In this document: piece by piece, positions 1-9,310 of the stretch
Numbering within the stretch: the stretch's first letter is position 1
Layout of the letters: the number at the start of each line of letters is the position of its first letter
Assembly (NCBI GenBank): GCA_041389045.1
Contig: JAWKSQ010000001.1
Span: forward strand, 139,063-203,062
Reading direction: 5' to 3'
From: Minisyncoccota bacterium
Lineage (GTDB): Bacteria; Patescibacteriota; Minisyncoccia; Phycocordibacterales; UBA918
DNA: 64,000 nt
The notes under the pieces: model-generated
Seen by the model: only the letters and a program-made list of their open reading frames with translations
Database searches by the model: none
Told to the model about the DNA's origin: nothing
Program-made: the position numbers and the translations under genes

Positions 1-98
1 CACAGAGGGAAGTGTAATATAGGTAGCTATATGTTGTCAAGCATTTGGCCATAGACCCTCTGGACTATCACGAGGGCTTGCGTCATTAGTGTTGATAT

Positions 99-1429
99 AT
101 GAGTAGAACAGAGGCACCAGAGGGATTTGTATCCAAACATACGTTTGTACCAGTAACTACGCGCTACTGCCTCTATGCCCGCAAATCTACTGAGTCAGAG
201 GAACAACAGGTCCTTTCTATCGACTTGCAAATCAAGGAGATGCTCCAGATGGCAGAACGGGACAATTTGGAGATAGTAGAAATAAAAAAAGAATCACACT
301 CTGCCAAGGAGGCTGGGATGAGGCCAGTATTTAACGAGATTGTTGATGAGATAAAGTCTGGAAAGTTTAATGGAATACTGACGTGGGCGCCCGACCGTAT
401 CTCAAGAAACGCTGGTGACCTCGGTCGAATTGTTGATCTTATGGACTCAGGATTATTGCAGGAGATACGAACCTACGGACAAAAGTTCAGCAATAACCCA
501 AACGAGAAGTTTCTACTGATGATTCTTGGGTCTCAAGCTAAGCTCGAGAACGATAATAAGGTGGTGAACGTAAAGCGAGGGATGCGTGCACGATGTGAGA
601 TGGGGTTGTATCCATGTATCGCTCCTACAGGATATTCAAATAGTAAGAATGTAGATAAGCGGTGTCATATTGAAATCGACACAGAGCGTGCACCGATAGT
701 GAAGAAGATGTTTGAGAAGATTGCATACGAAAACCTAACGGGCAGGCAACTCTACTTCTGGCTGAAAGACGAAGCGAATTACAAAACAAGAACTGGTAAA
801 CAACTTCATCTCGGAAATCTTTACATGATTCTGCGGAATCATTTCTACTACGGAACCTTTCAATATCCAAAGAATAGTGGGCAGTGGTATAAGGGCGCAC
901 ACGAGCCACTAATTAGTAAGGCATTGTTTGATCAGGTGCAGGAAAAATACAGGTACAAAATACTCGAGGTAGTGGAATGCAGACAAAAGAGTTTGCCTTC
1001 ACAAAGCTCATGTCCTGTGCACTGTGTGGTTCAGGCATTACAGCAGATGAAAAGTATAAAACTCAAAAGAATGGAAATACTCATCGCTATGTCTACTACG
1101 GGTGCTGTAAGTCGAATGATAGAAGTTGTACCTCTGGCTATATAAATGAGGAGGACCTGGTCGAACAGCTAGTTGCCCTGATGGATAAAATTGAATTCAA
1201 CGACATCGGAATGAGGCAGAAAATAAAAGCAGAAATTGAACGTCATAAGAAGTTCCAATCAGGATTGCTTGGAGAAAAGGAATCAAAGATAAAGGTAAAA
1301 GATGTTGAGGTTAGGAATTATGCCAAGTACATCTTGAGAGAGGGTCAGATACATGAGAAAAGAGAGCTGTTATCGTGTCTGAAAAGTAGGGTGACTTTAG
1401 CAGGAAAGGTAGTAAGTTTGAGTAATTGA
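99..1429 (+). pseudogene. large serine recombinase (resolvase domain + recombinase domain + zinc ribbon), frame broken once
   Basis: ORF 99-1145 has the resolvase catalytic region (YCLYARKSTESEEQQ, WAPDRISRN). ORF 977-1429 continues in another frame with a Cys-rich ribbon (CALCGS..YYGCC) and a coiled coil. The frames rejoin if the A5 run at 943-947 is read as A6. Confidence 0.8.
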
Positions 1430-1571
1430 TAAAAATATCCATTAGAATCTCTGACTGTATCTTGCTTAAAATACAGGTTCGAATCATCTCGTCTTACACA
1501 CCAGCGAGCTAGCTCGAGAGACTCTAGTTCTTAGAGCGCCCAAGACAGGTTAATCTTAATTGTAAAACAAT

Positions 1572-1600
1572 AAGCATCTGAATTATCAGTGATGCTTTTT
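1572..1600 (+). terminator. putative rho-independent terminator after the recombinase
   Basis: Stem AAGCATC/GATGCTT followed by a T run. Confidence 0.45.
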
Positions 1601-1604
1601 ACTG

Positions 1605-2057
1605 ATGATTTGGTATACTTTTGAAATAATTATGTTCGAATGGATTAAATATTCATATCTCAAGTTTATCTTGATGACACTTACTTTCATCTTTATAGGA
1701 ACTCTATTTTTGAGTCTATTTCATATGTCTACTGACATGAGTATGACGAATCATACTCCTGGCTGTCCTATGCTGATGGAAACAGGAGCTATCTGTCAAA
1801 TGGATTACAGTGAGCATCTGTCAGCTTGGTCGGCACTTTCTCTCGCTATTCCTATTCTGTTACTAATGCTATTTTTACTACCTCTGGCAAAAGCATGTGC
1901 TATTGCTTGTTCTGTACTATTTAATCAAGTCTTCTTGGTATGGAAGCTCCTAGTATTTAATTTCTACCAGAAAAAATTTCCAACCTACATCGTTCGTAGT
2001 TTTCAAGAACTATTCTCAAGCGGAATTCTACACCCCAAGCTATACCACCTCGCATAA
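1605..2057 (+). CDS. hypothetical membrane protein with a Cys/Met motif, paralog of 13572..13988
   Basis: Shares SLFHMS..M.M..C..ME.G..IC.M...H..AW and a C-terminal QELFS.GILHPKL with ORF 13572-13988. Hydrophobic segments are present. The start may be the Met at 1632. Confidence 0.6.
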   Translation: MIWYTFEIIMFEWIKYSYLKFILMTLTFIFIGTLFLSLFHMSTDMSMTNHTPGCPMLMETGAICQMDYSEHLSAWSALSLAIPILLLMLFLLPLAKACAIACSVLFNQVFLVWKLLVFNFYQKKFPTYIVRSFQELFSSGILHPKLYHLA

Positions 2058-2114
2058 GCTAACCTCTTTTCACGAAGATAGTTTTTACTATTCGTGATTA
2101 CGTTAGCTTTTTTG
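2057..2114 (+). terminator. nested-hairpin terminator
   Basis: AGCTAAC..TCACGAA..TTCGTGA..GTTAGCT followed by TTTTTT. Confidence 0.6.
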
Positions 2115-2143
2115 ATGCTTAATAACTTGAATTATATTAATTT

Positions 2144-2893
2144 ATGGAAGAAACAACTCAAAAACAAACTAACCCGTACCTAATACCAGCTGCCATTCTC
2201 ATTGCTGGAGCCTTTGTAGCCGTCGCTCTGTACTTTGGTGGTTCTACACCTACACCAGTCGCAGTTGGGACAGGAAACAATCAGCCAGCAGTAGCGGGGC
2301 AGCCAGAACCAACCGGTTCAACCGATGCTGTTCGAACAGTTACTAGTGAAGACCACATTAAAGGAAATCCAGACGCACCGATTAAAATTGTTGAGTACTC
2401 AGATTTTGAGTGTCCGTTCTGTAAGCGATTTCACGACACTATGAATGAAGTGATGGATAAGTATGGAGATTCAGGCGAAGTGGCTTGGGTATTTAGACAA
2501 TTTCCTTTAGAGCAATTACATCCAGTGAAAGCTCAGGCGGTTGCTGTGGCTTCAGAATGTGCAGCAGAACAGGGTGGTAACGATGCTTTTTGGAAGTTTA
2601 CTGATGGATACTTCGACGTGACACTGACAAATAACCGAACTGATATCGAAACAGTCATTCCTCAACTAGCGAAAGAAGCTGGACTAGATCAGACAGCTTT
2701 TCAAACGTGTGTTGAAAGTGGAAAATACGATGACCATATCGCAGCCGACATTGCTAATGCAGTCGAGACAGGAGGTCGTGGTACCCCATGGAGCGTCATG
2801 ATTGGTCCAGATGGCAAAACCTATCCAATCAATGGTGCCCAGCCACTGGCGGCAATTGAACAGTTAATTTCAATTGCTAAAAACGAGCAATAA
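2144..2893 (+). CDS. DsbA-family thiol:disulfide oxidoreductase, membrane anchored
   Basis: N-terminal TM segment. Thioredoxin-fold CxxC motif DFECPFCKRFH. Thioredoxin-like C-terminal region (GTPWSVMIG). Confidence 0.85.
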   Translation: MEETTQKQTNPYLIPAAILIAGAFVAVALYFGGSTPTPVAVGTGNNQPAVAGQPEPTGSTDAVRTVTSEDHIKGNPDAPIKIVEYSDFECPFCKRFHDTMNEVMDKYGDSGEVAWVFRQFPLEQLHPVKAQAVAVASECAAEQGGNDAFWKFTDGYFDVTLTNNRTDIETVIPQLAKEAGLDQTAFQTCVESGKYDDHIAADIANAVETGGRGTPWSVMIGPDGKTYPINGAQPLAAIEQLISIAKNEQ

Positions 2894-2898
2894 AACTT

Positions 2899-3447
2899 AT
2901 GTACGTTAAGACCCTTAGAGTAGTTTTTGCAAAACCACTGTATGCCACACTATTTTTAGTAATTAGTTTCTTCGTGCTATCGGTAGCTATTATGTTGCCT
3001 CACGTAGGGCTAATAAGAACTTTATGGCAGTACGAATCGGTGTCTGTTGTTGAAATTTTGCTACTGACAGCAAATCTCTACGGGTCATTAGGAACAAACT
3101 TCACTATTCTGTCAGCTTCTTACACTGTGGTCATTGCTTTACTGTTTGGCATGCAGGTGACGCTTCTTGTGTACTATCTTAAAAGCATACGAAACAAAGC
3201 TACCAATCTGACCAGTGTAGGGGCCAGTGGAGTTGGTGGACTCATTAGTGGTTTTTTTGGTATCGGGTGTGCCGCTTGTGGGACATTTTTACTGTCTTCA
3301 ATCCTAGTGTTGTTCGGAGCTGGCGGATTGCTTGCGTGGCTACCGTTTGGTGGAGAAGAATTTGGTTTAATCGGAATAGGTTTATTGGTGTATGCCAATT
3401 ACCTCATTATAAAGAAAATAGATGCACCAAAAGTGTGCACATCGTAG
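2899..3447 (+). CDS. hypothetical 4-TM membrane protein with an intramembrane CxxC (GCAACG)
   Basis: Four hydrophobic segments. The third is Gly-rich and contains FGIGCAACGTF. The gene starts 6 nt after the dsbA-like gene. Confidence 0.5.
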   Translation: MYVKTLRVVFAKPLYATLFLVISFFVLSVAIMLPHVGLIRTLWQYESVSVVEILLLTANLYGSLGTNFTILSASYTVVIALLFGMQVTLLVYYLKSIRNKATNLTSVGASGVGGLISGFFGIGCAACGTFLLSSILVLFGAGGLLAWLPFGGEEFGLIGIGLLVYANYLIIKKIDAPKVCTS

Positions 3448-3474
3448 TTATTATTTATCCTAAATTATTAAAAT

Positions 3475-4008
3475 ATGAAACCATTAGTAATTATTATAGG
3501 TCTTGCAGTAATACTCTTAATTGGTGGATCGTGGTGGTCTAACACTTCTCAGCAGAAAGATTTCGAGCAAGAAATCATTGGTATCACCTCGACTATTGTT
3601 ACAGACCGTAGTCATGTACAGACTGAAGTTGATTACAAAGACACGCCCCCTGTTGGTGGAAATCATCATCCCGTGTGGTTGAGTTGTAACGGTGATATCT
3701 ATGATGAACCAGTTGTAGATGAAAATGCAGTCCATTCACTTGAGCATGGTGCGGTCTGGATTACGTATCAACCTAACTTATCAGTTGCAGATATAGAAAC
3801 GCTGGAGAAAAAAGTCACTGGCTATTCCTTTATTAGCCCCTATCCAGAACAAGAGTCTCTGATCATGATGACCGCTTGGGGTGTGCAACTTCCGCTTGAT
3901 ACTGTTGATGATCCGCGCATAGATCAATTTCTAGCTAAATTTCGACAAGGACCCCAAACACCCGAACCAGGAGCAACCTGCAACGCTATTCCGGGTGGAA
4001 TGCAATAA
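3475..4008 (+). CDS. DUF3105 domain protein
   Basis: N-terminal TM segment, PPVGGNHHPVW and VHSLEHGAVWITYQP match my recollection of the DUF3105 pattern. Confidence 0.75.
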   Translation: MKPLVIIIGLAVILLIGGSWWSNTSQQKDFEQEIIGITSTIVTDRSHVQTEVDYKDTPPVGGNHHPVWLSCNGDIYDEPVVDENAVHSLEHGAVWITYQPNLSVADIETLEKKVTGYSFISPYPEQESLIMMTAWGVQLPLDTVDDPRIDQFLAKFRQGPQTPEPGATCNAIPGGMQ

Positions 4009-4016
4009 GTCTGTAT

Positions 4017-4640
4017 ATGAAATACCAGATTCTAAAACAAAATTGGCTCGTCGTACTTCTTGGTGTAGTAGTTGGAATGGTTATTTTTCTCTGGGGACAA
4101 AATAACCAGTCTGGAGATACACCAAACGCTGCTGAAATTGGCTTTGCTCAAGATATGAGTGTTCACCATCAACAGGCAATAGAGATGTCATTCTTAGTTC
4201 GAGAAAAAACTGACAATCAAGAGATTCGAAGTTTTGCTTTTGACATCATCAACACACAAGCTAATCAGCGAGGGATGATGCTGGGCTGGCTTGATTTGTG
4301 GCAACAGCCCATGACCACCACCGGAAGACCAATGATGTGGATGCAAGCTGCAATGGATACTATGGATCATAGTCAGATGAGTAGCTCATTTACTTCTGGA
4401 GCCTATATGCCAGGTATGGCCACTAAAGCTGAAATGGAAAAGCTTGTAAACGTAGACGCCATTGAAGCAGAAAAATTATTTCTCGAACTGATGATTCGAC
4501 ATCATCAAGGCGGAGTGATGATGGCACAGGGTGTGATTGACCGTAGTGATAATGAAGTAGTCACACGATTGGCGGAAACGATGGTCAATGGCCAACAAGC
4601 CGAAATTGATTATATGAACGAATTGTTAACAAACTACTAA
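4017..4640 (+). CDS. DUF305 domain protein (ferritin-like four-helix, metal-stress associated)
   Basis: Two DUF305 repeats: FAQDMSVHHQQAIEMS and MIRHHQGGVMMAQ. N-terminal TM segment. Confidence 0.8.
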   Translation: MKYQILKQNWLVVLLGVVVGMVIFLWGQNNQSGDTPNAAEIGFAQDMSVHHQQAIEMSFLVREKTDNQEIRSFAFDIINTQANQRGMMLGWLDLWQQPMTTTGRPMMWMQAAMDTMDHSQMSSSFTSGAYMPGMATKAEMEKLVNVDAIEAEKLFLELMIRHHQGGVMMAQGVIDRSDNEVVTRLAETMVNGQQAEIDYMNELLTNY

Positions 4641-4649
4641 ATAAATAAT

Positions 4650-5309
4650 ATGGAAGAGACACAAAGAAATGAAGAACCTATTAAACGTAACGAGGAGGAA
4701 TTTCATGTAACCGCAACAAAAGTCCAGCAAAAACCACTCCTGATCTATGGCGCAGTTGCCGTAGTTATAGTTTTGGTAGTAGGAGCAATTTTGTACACAC
4801 AAGGTTTTGTCACTGCCGCTAAAGTAAATGGTCAGTCAATCAGTCGACTGAGTGTAGTCAGTGAGTTGGAAGAACAGGCTGGTGCGACAGTACTAGATTC
4901 TATGATTTCAGATATCCTGATCGAACAAGCTGCCACTGAGGCCGGGGTGACAGTGACTGACGCTGATGTGGCAACAGAGATTGTAGCTATTGAGTCACAA
5001 ATTACTACCCAAGGAGGAACGTTGGACGAGGTCTTAGTACAGCAAGGATTAGACCGGGAAAGTCTTACAAAACAAATTCGGATGCAAAAACTACTGGAAG
5101 CTCTTTTATCATCGGACATCGTGGTAACTGGTGAAGAAATTGATGCTTTTCTAGCAGAGAATGGCCCAGTTCCTGAAGGTCAGGAAGAAGCCGCTCGGGC
5201 ACAAGTAGCCGAACAGCTTAGAAGTCAAAAGTTTAGCACTGCTGCGCAAAGCTACGTAACTGGTTTACGTACTAAGGCAAACATTCAGTACTTAGTGAAC
5301 TACAAATAA
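4650..5309 (+). CDS. SurA N-terminal-domain-like membrane-anchored chaperone, no PPIase domain visible
   Basis: TM anchor followed by AAKVNGQSISRLSVVSELEEQAG and repeated helical segments, as in SurA_N/PpiD-like proteins. Confidence 0.5.
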   Translation: MEETQRNEEPIKRNEEEFHVTATKVQQKPLLIYGAVAVVIVLVVGAILYTQGFVTAAKVNGQSISRLSVVSELEEQAGATVLDSMISDILIEQAATEAGVTVTDADVATEIVAIESQITTQGGTLDEVLVQQGLDRESLTKQIRMQKLLEALLSSDIVVTGEEIDAFLAENGPVPEGQEEAARAQVAEQLRSQKFSTAAQSYVTGLRTKANIQYLVNYK

Positions 5310-5313
5310 TCGT

Positions 5314-6564
5314 ATGAGATATATTTTATTTAGTTTTATTGCTTTAGCCCTTGTTGGAGGAGGTTTTGTGGCTTGGCACAACACGGAAACATCGACTGTG
5401 GCATACGAACGAGAAACAACAGCCAGTGATTCAAGCACTGTAGTTACAAATAGTGTTCCTGAAGTAACCTCGAGTGCTGAGCCGTCTACTATGGAAGTGA
5501 GAGAAATTGAAATTCAGCCCGGTGATACATTCTCGACTATTATGGAAGAAATTGATGTACCATCCTCAGACCAAACTCTAATCCTGACCGCTGTACAAGA
5601 CGTGTACGACTTCACCAAACTCCAAGCTGGTAAATTGTTGCACGTGGTGTTTGCGCAAGACGCTCTTGCGTCGATTGATTATGATTTGTCTGATGATAAG
5701 AAAATAGTGGTAGAGAACGTGAATGGCGACTTTATCGCAAAAGAAACGGCTATTGAATATGACATCACCGATACAGCGCGTAGTGCTACTATCGAATCGT
5801 CGCTGTTTGTTGATGGTGCAGACGTTGGCTTGTCTGACAAAACACTCATTGAACTGGCTGAAATATTTCAGTGGGATATCGACTTTACCACTGACATTCA
5901 GGTCGGCGATTCATTTACTGTCTTGTATGAAGAACGTAAATCCAAGGATGGCGAAGAAGCTAGCTCAGGAAAAATACTCGCTGCTCAATTCAAAAATCAA
6001 GGCACAACATATGATGCTTATTACTATGAGACATCAGATGAAACGTCTGGCTATTATTCTGCCAGGGGCGAAAGTGTTGAGCGACAATTCTTAAGTTCAC
6101 CAATTAGTGTCGGGTACATCAGCTCTGGCTTTAGCTATAGTCGGGTGAATCCAGTTACTAAACAAGTTACACCACATCGAGCGCTTGATTATGCCGCTCC
6201 GCAGGGCACACCAATCGTCGCCATTGCTGACGGAGCAGTCTCGGTTGCCGGAAGTAAAGGTGGGCTTGGTATCACTGTTGAGATTGAACATGGTCAATAT
6301 CTCAGTCAGTATGCTCACCTTTCAAAGATAGCAACAGGCGTAAAACGAGGGGCCACAGTATCTCAAGGTGACATTATTGGCTATGTTGGTTCAACTGGTA
6401 TTTCAACTGGCCCGCACTTACAGTACGCTTTCTTTAAAGATGGTACACCGATTAATCCATTAACCGCTGAATTGCCTGTTGGTGAAGCGCTCGATGAATC
6501 AGTCATGAATGACTTTTTTGCGGTTCGCGACCGCCTTATCGAACAACTAGAACCCCTTAATTAA
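5314..6564 (+). CDS. M23 family peptidoglycan metalloendopeptidase
   Basis: HRALDYAAP, HGQYLSQYAHLS and GSTGISTGPHLQY (the HxxxD/HxH LytM signature). N-terminal TM segment. Confidence 0.85.
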   Translation: MRYILFSFIALALVGGGFVAWHNTETSTVAYERETTASDSSTVVTNSVPEVTSSAEPSTMEVREIEIQPGDTFSTIMEEIDVPSSDQTLILTAVQDVYDFTKLQAGKLLHVVFAQDALASIDYDLSDDKKIVVENVNGDFIAKETAIEYDITDTARSATIESSLFVDGADVGLSDKTLIELAEIFQWDIDFTTDIQVGDSFTVLYEERKSKDGEEASSGKILAAQFKNQGTTYDAYYYETSDETSGYYSARGESVERQFLSSPISVGYISSGFSYSRVNPVTKQVTPHRALDYAAPQGTPIVAIADGAVSVAGSKGGLGITVEIEHGQYLSQYAHLSKIATGVKRGATVSQGDIIGYVGSTGISTGPHLQYAFFKDGTPINPLTAELPVGEALDESVMNDFFAVRDRLIEQLEPLN

Positions 6565-6571
6565 CATTACT

Positions 6572-8518
6572 ATGACAGAGAGAAAACAAGAGTCAAAAAG
6601 TGCTTGTGACCATTGCCACAGCGACGCAAATCCTGAGACTGGAGTTCTGGCAATCCTGAGTGCAGGAGGTGCACTAAAATCACTTACACCTGTTTCAGGG
6701 ATGCTCTTAGCAGTGGGTTTTATTGGCTCGTTCTCACTACCTGAAGGCTGGAGTACACTTTTTTATCTACTATCTATCGTGGCAGGATCAATCTTTGTTC
6801 TACGGAGCGCCATCAATGGACTCATCAAACAAAGATTCTTAAATATTAGTTTCTTAGTAGTGATTGCTTCTATAGGAGCAATCTATATTGGTGAGTATGG
6901 CGAGGCGGCTGCAGTAGTTTTCCTCTTTTCATTAGCTGAATGGTTTGAGAGCTTTGGGGTTGAACGTTCACGTAAGGCAGTAGCAGCCCTCATTAAAAAA
7001 TCTCCAAAAGTCGCTCAGTTAAAAACTGGCGAGACTGTGCCTGTTGAAGAAGTTGAGATTGGAATGGTTGTAGTAGTAAAGCCTGGTGAGTTGATTCCAA
7101 TGGACGGTGTTGTTGTGGCTGGAGGTTCCTCAGTTGATGAGGCGGCGATTACTGGTGAGTCAACACCGTCTGATAAGGTCGTCAAAAGTAACGTGTTTGC
7201 TGGTACTCTCAATATACAAGGGTATCTTGAAATACAGGTAGAAAAAATGAGTAGAGATTCTACCTTTGCTAGAATCATTACGCTTATCGAAGAAGCTCAA
7301 GCCTCACGTGCCCCAACGCAAACATTTATTGATAATTTTGCTCGCTACTACACACCGCTAGTTGTTGTAGTGTCGCTACTAACGGTCGTCATTCCTGTGG
7401 TGCTACTTGGACAGCCATTTGATGAGTGGCTGTATCGAGCTATCACGCTCTTGGTGATAGCTTGCCCGTGTGCACTGGTAATTGCAACACCAGTTGCCAT
7501 CGCGTCAGCTATTGGCGGTGCGTCCCGTCACGGTATTTTGATTAAAGGTGGGGTGTATCTTGAAAAATTAGCCAAAGTGAAAGCGGTCGCTTTTGATAAA
7601 ACGCGGACTCTGACATACGGAAGACATACAGTTACAGAAGTCTTAGCGTTTGGTTCACACACCAAAGATGAAGTAATCGCTGACGCGGCTGGTTTGGAAG
7701 CTTTTTCCTCCCATCCGTTAGCAGAAGTAATTACTCAGTATGCAAAAGATCGAAGCATTACTCCACATAGCATGGAGTCGTTTGAAAACGTTGCTGGTAA
7801 AGGTGGAAAGGCACATTGTTTAGTTTGTAACGCAAAAAGTTATATTGGGAACACTAAGCTAATGAAAGAGCACGCGATAGAAGACAAATCGTTTTTAGCA
7901 GAAATTGAACGCTTGGAGAAGTTAGGCCAAACAGTAGTAATGGTGGCTGAAGAATCAGAGCTTATTGGGGCTATCGCAATAGCCGACACTGTACGTGAAG
8001 AATCCTCGTCTGTAGTTACGGAACTAAAGAAAGCTGGAGTAGAGAGTGCCATGCTTACCGGTGATAATACTCTCAATGCCACGTATGTGGCACAGTTAGT
8101 TGGCATAGATGATATTAGGTCTGAACTACTCCCTGAAGATAAAGTGAAAGCAGTGAAAGATTTACAAGCAAAGTATGGTTCAGTGGCGATGGTTGGCGAT
8201 GGGGTCAACGATGCACCCTCCCTAGTAACCTCAAATGTTGGCTTTGCCATCGGAGCAGGTGGTACCGATGCTGCGATTGAATCCTCAGACGTCACTCTTT
8301 TATCAGGTGATCTAACTACTATTCCACGTTCGATTCGATTAGCAAAAGCTACCATGAGAACGATTCGTTTCAATGTAGCTTTGGCTATAGGCGTAAAGAT
8401 TCTATTTTTGATTCTAGTACCGTTTGGCTTAACAAATCTTGTGTTTGCCATTGCAGCAGATTCAGGTATGGCGATTGTAGTTATTCTTAATAGCTTACGG
8501 CTATTTAATAAACAGTAA
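6572..8518 (+). CDS. P1B-type heavy-metal ATPase, CPC type (Zn/Cd/Pb-like)
   Basis: N-terminal CDHCHSD, TM6 ACPCALVIATP, GDGVNDAPSL, and TM8 AADSGMAIVV (DxG). The phosphorylation motif reads DKTRTLT instead of DKTGT. Confidence 0.85.
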   Translation: MTERKQESKSACDHCHSDANPETGVLAILSAGGALKSLTPVSGMLLAVGFIGSFSLPEGWSTLFYLLSIVAGSIFVLRSAINGLIKQRFLNISFLVVIASIGAIYIGEYGEAAAVVFLFSLAEWFESFGVERSRKAVAALIKKSPKVAQLKTGETVPVEEVEIGMVVVVKPGELIPMDGVVVAGGSSVDEAAITGESTPSDKVVKSNVFAGTLNIQGYLEIQVEKMSRDSTFARIITLIEEAQASRAPTQTFIDNFARYYTPLVVVVSLLTVVIPVVLLGQPFDEWLYRAITLLVIACPCALVIATPVAIASAIGGASRHGILIKGGVYLEKLAKVKAVAFDKTRTLTYGRHTVTEVLAFGSHTKDEVIADAAGLEAFSSHPLAEVITQYAKDRSITPHSMESFENVAGKGGKAHCLVCNAKSYIGNTKLMKEHAIEDKSFLAEIERLEKLGQTVVMVAEESELIGAIAIADTVREESSSVVTELKKAGVESAMLTGDNTLNATYVAQLVGIDDIRSELLPEDKVKAVKDLQAKYGSVAMVGDGVNDAPSLVTSNVGFAIGAGGTDAAIESSDVTLLSGDLTTIPRSIRLAKATMRTIRFNVALAIGVKILFLILVPFGLTNLVFAIAADSGMAIVVILNSLRLFNKQ

Positions 8519-8520
8519 TT

Positions 8521-8811
8521 ATGAAAAAGGAAACATTCAAGGAAATAATTGAAACAGACAATAGCATCCTCCTGCTCGATATTAGAGAGCCGGAAGAACT
8601 GCTAATTGAGGAAACAATTCCTGGTGCTAAGAACGTACCAATGGGGAAAGTTTTTACCGAAGCCATTAAAGGAAATTTACCAAAAGATGTACAGATAATT
8701 GTTTTCTGTCGTACAGGTGGTCGTGCTGGTGTAGTGGAAAGAGAGTTACGTGAAAGAGGGTATCTCATTGATGGATTGGAAGGCGGTCTAGAGGCTCTAA
8801 GGGAAACATAA
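8521..8811 (+). CDS. single-domain rhodanese-like sulfurtransferase
   Basis: Active-site loop FCRTGGRAG. About 96 aa. Confidence 0.8.
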   Translation: MKKETFKEIIETDNSILLLDIREPEELLIEETIPGAKNVPMGKVFTEAIKGNLPKDVQIIVFCRTGGRAGVVERELRERGYLIDGLEGGLEALRET

Positions 8812-8817
8812 TTATCT

Positions 8818-9291
8818 ATGCTAGAAATTGTCTCCATTTTTTTAGCTACCAAGTTGCACGTCGTTATTGTTTTGACTGCACTAGTTTTTGTTGCGCTCGC
8901 TTCAGATTATCAACGACTGCGAATTCTTGTATTAGCTACAATCTCATTACCTCTTACTTTTATCGTTAGCAGAAGTGCCTCTTTGTTAGTTGAGAACCCT
9001 CGACCATTTCTTGAGCACGATTTTATGCCATTGGTGGCTCACGCGGCTGACAATGGATTCCCTTCAGATCACGCTTTGTTGGTATTTGCTATCGCTAGTA
9101 TTGTGTTCACGTTTAACAAATCAGCTGGAATAGTTTTGTTTATTATGGCGGCTTTGGTTGGATTTGGAAGGGTGCTGGTTGGGGTACATCACGTTGTTGA
9201 TGTGCTAGGTAGTTTCGTGATTGCAGCATCCATTGTTAGTTTATGCTATCTAACTTTACGCAGTTCTCTTACTGAAATCTATAAAGATTAA
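8818..9291 (+). CDS. PAP2-family phosphatase (undecaprenyl-diphosphatase-like)
   Basis: PSDH and GRVLVGVHHVVD motifs in a polytopic membrane protein. Confidence 0.75.
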   Translation: MLEIVSIFLATKLHVVIVLTALVFVALASDYQRLRILVLATISLPLTFIVSRSASLLVENPRPFLEHDFMPLVAHAADNGFPSDHALLVFAIASIVFTFNKSAGIVLFIMAALVGFGRVLVGVHHVVDVLGSFVIAASIVSLCYLTLRSSLTEIYKD

Positions 9292-9310
9292 GTTTTTTGT
9301 GGGCGTTTTT

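Noticed and set aside
1440-1520. tRNA-like fragment after the recombinase (..ACAGGTTCGAATCATCTCGTCTTACACACCA), a possible att site.
   Set aside because: It has a T-loop-like GGTTCGAATC and ends in CCA, but I could not pair a T stem or an acceptor stem. It also does not match the tRNA-Lys at the other end of the block. Too weak to call.
7840-8451. Long antisense ORFs inside large genes (7840-8451, 12642-13082, 13128-13535, 38165-38674, 41851-42333, 33180-33518, and others).
   Set aside because: They lie opposite well-supported genes (P-type ATPases, L19, MFS). Their composition is low-complexity and Ser/Pro/Ala-rich, as expected of antisense frames.
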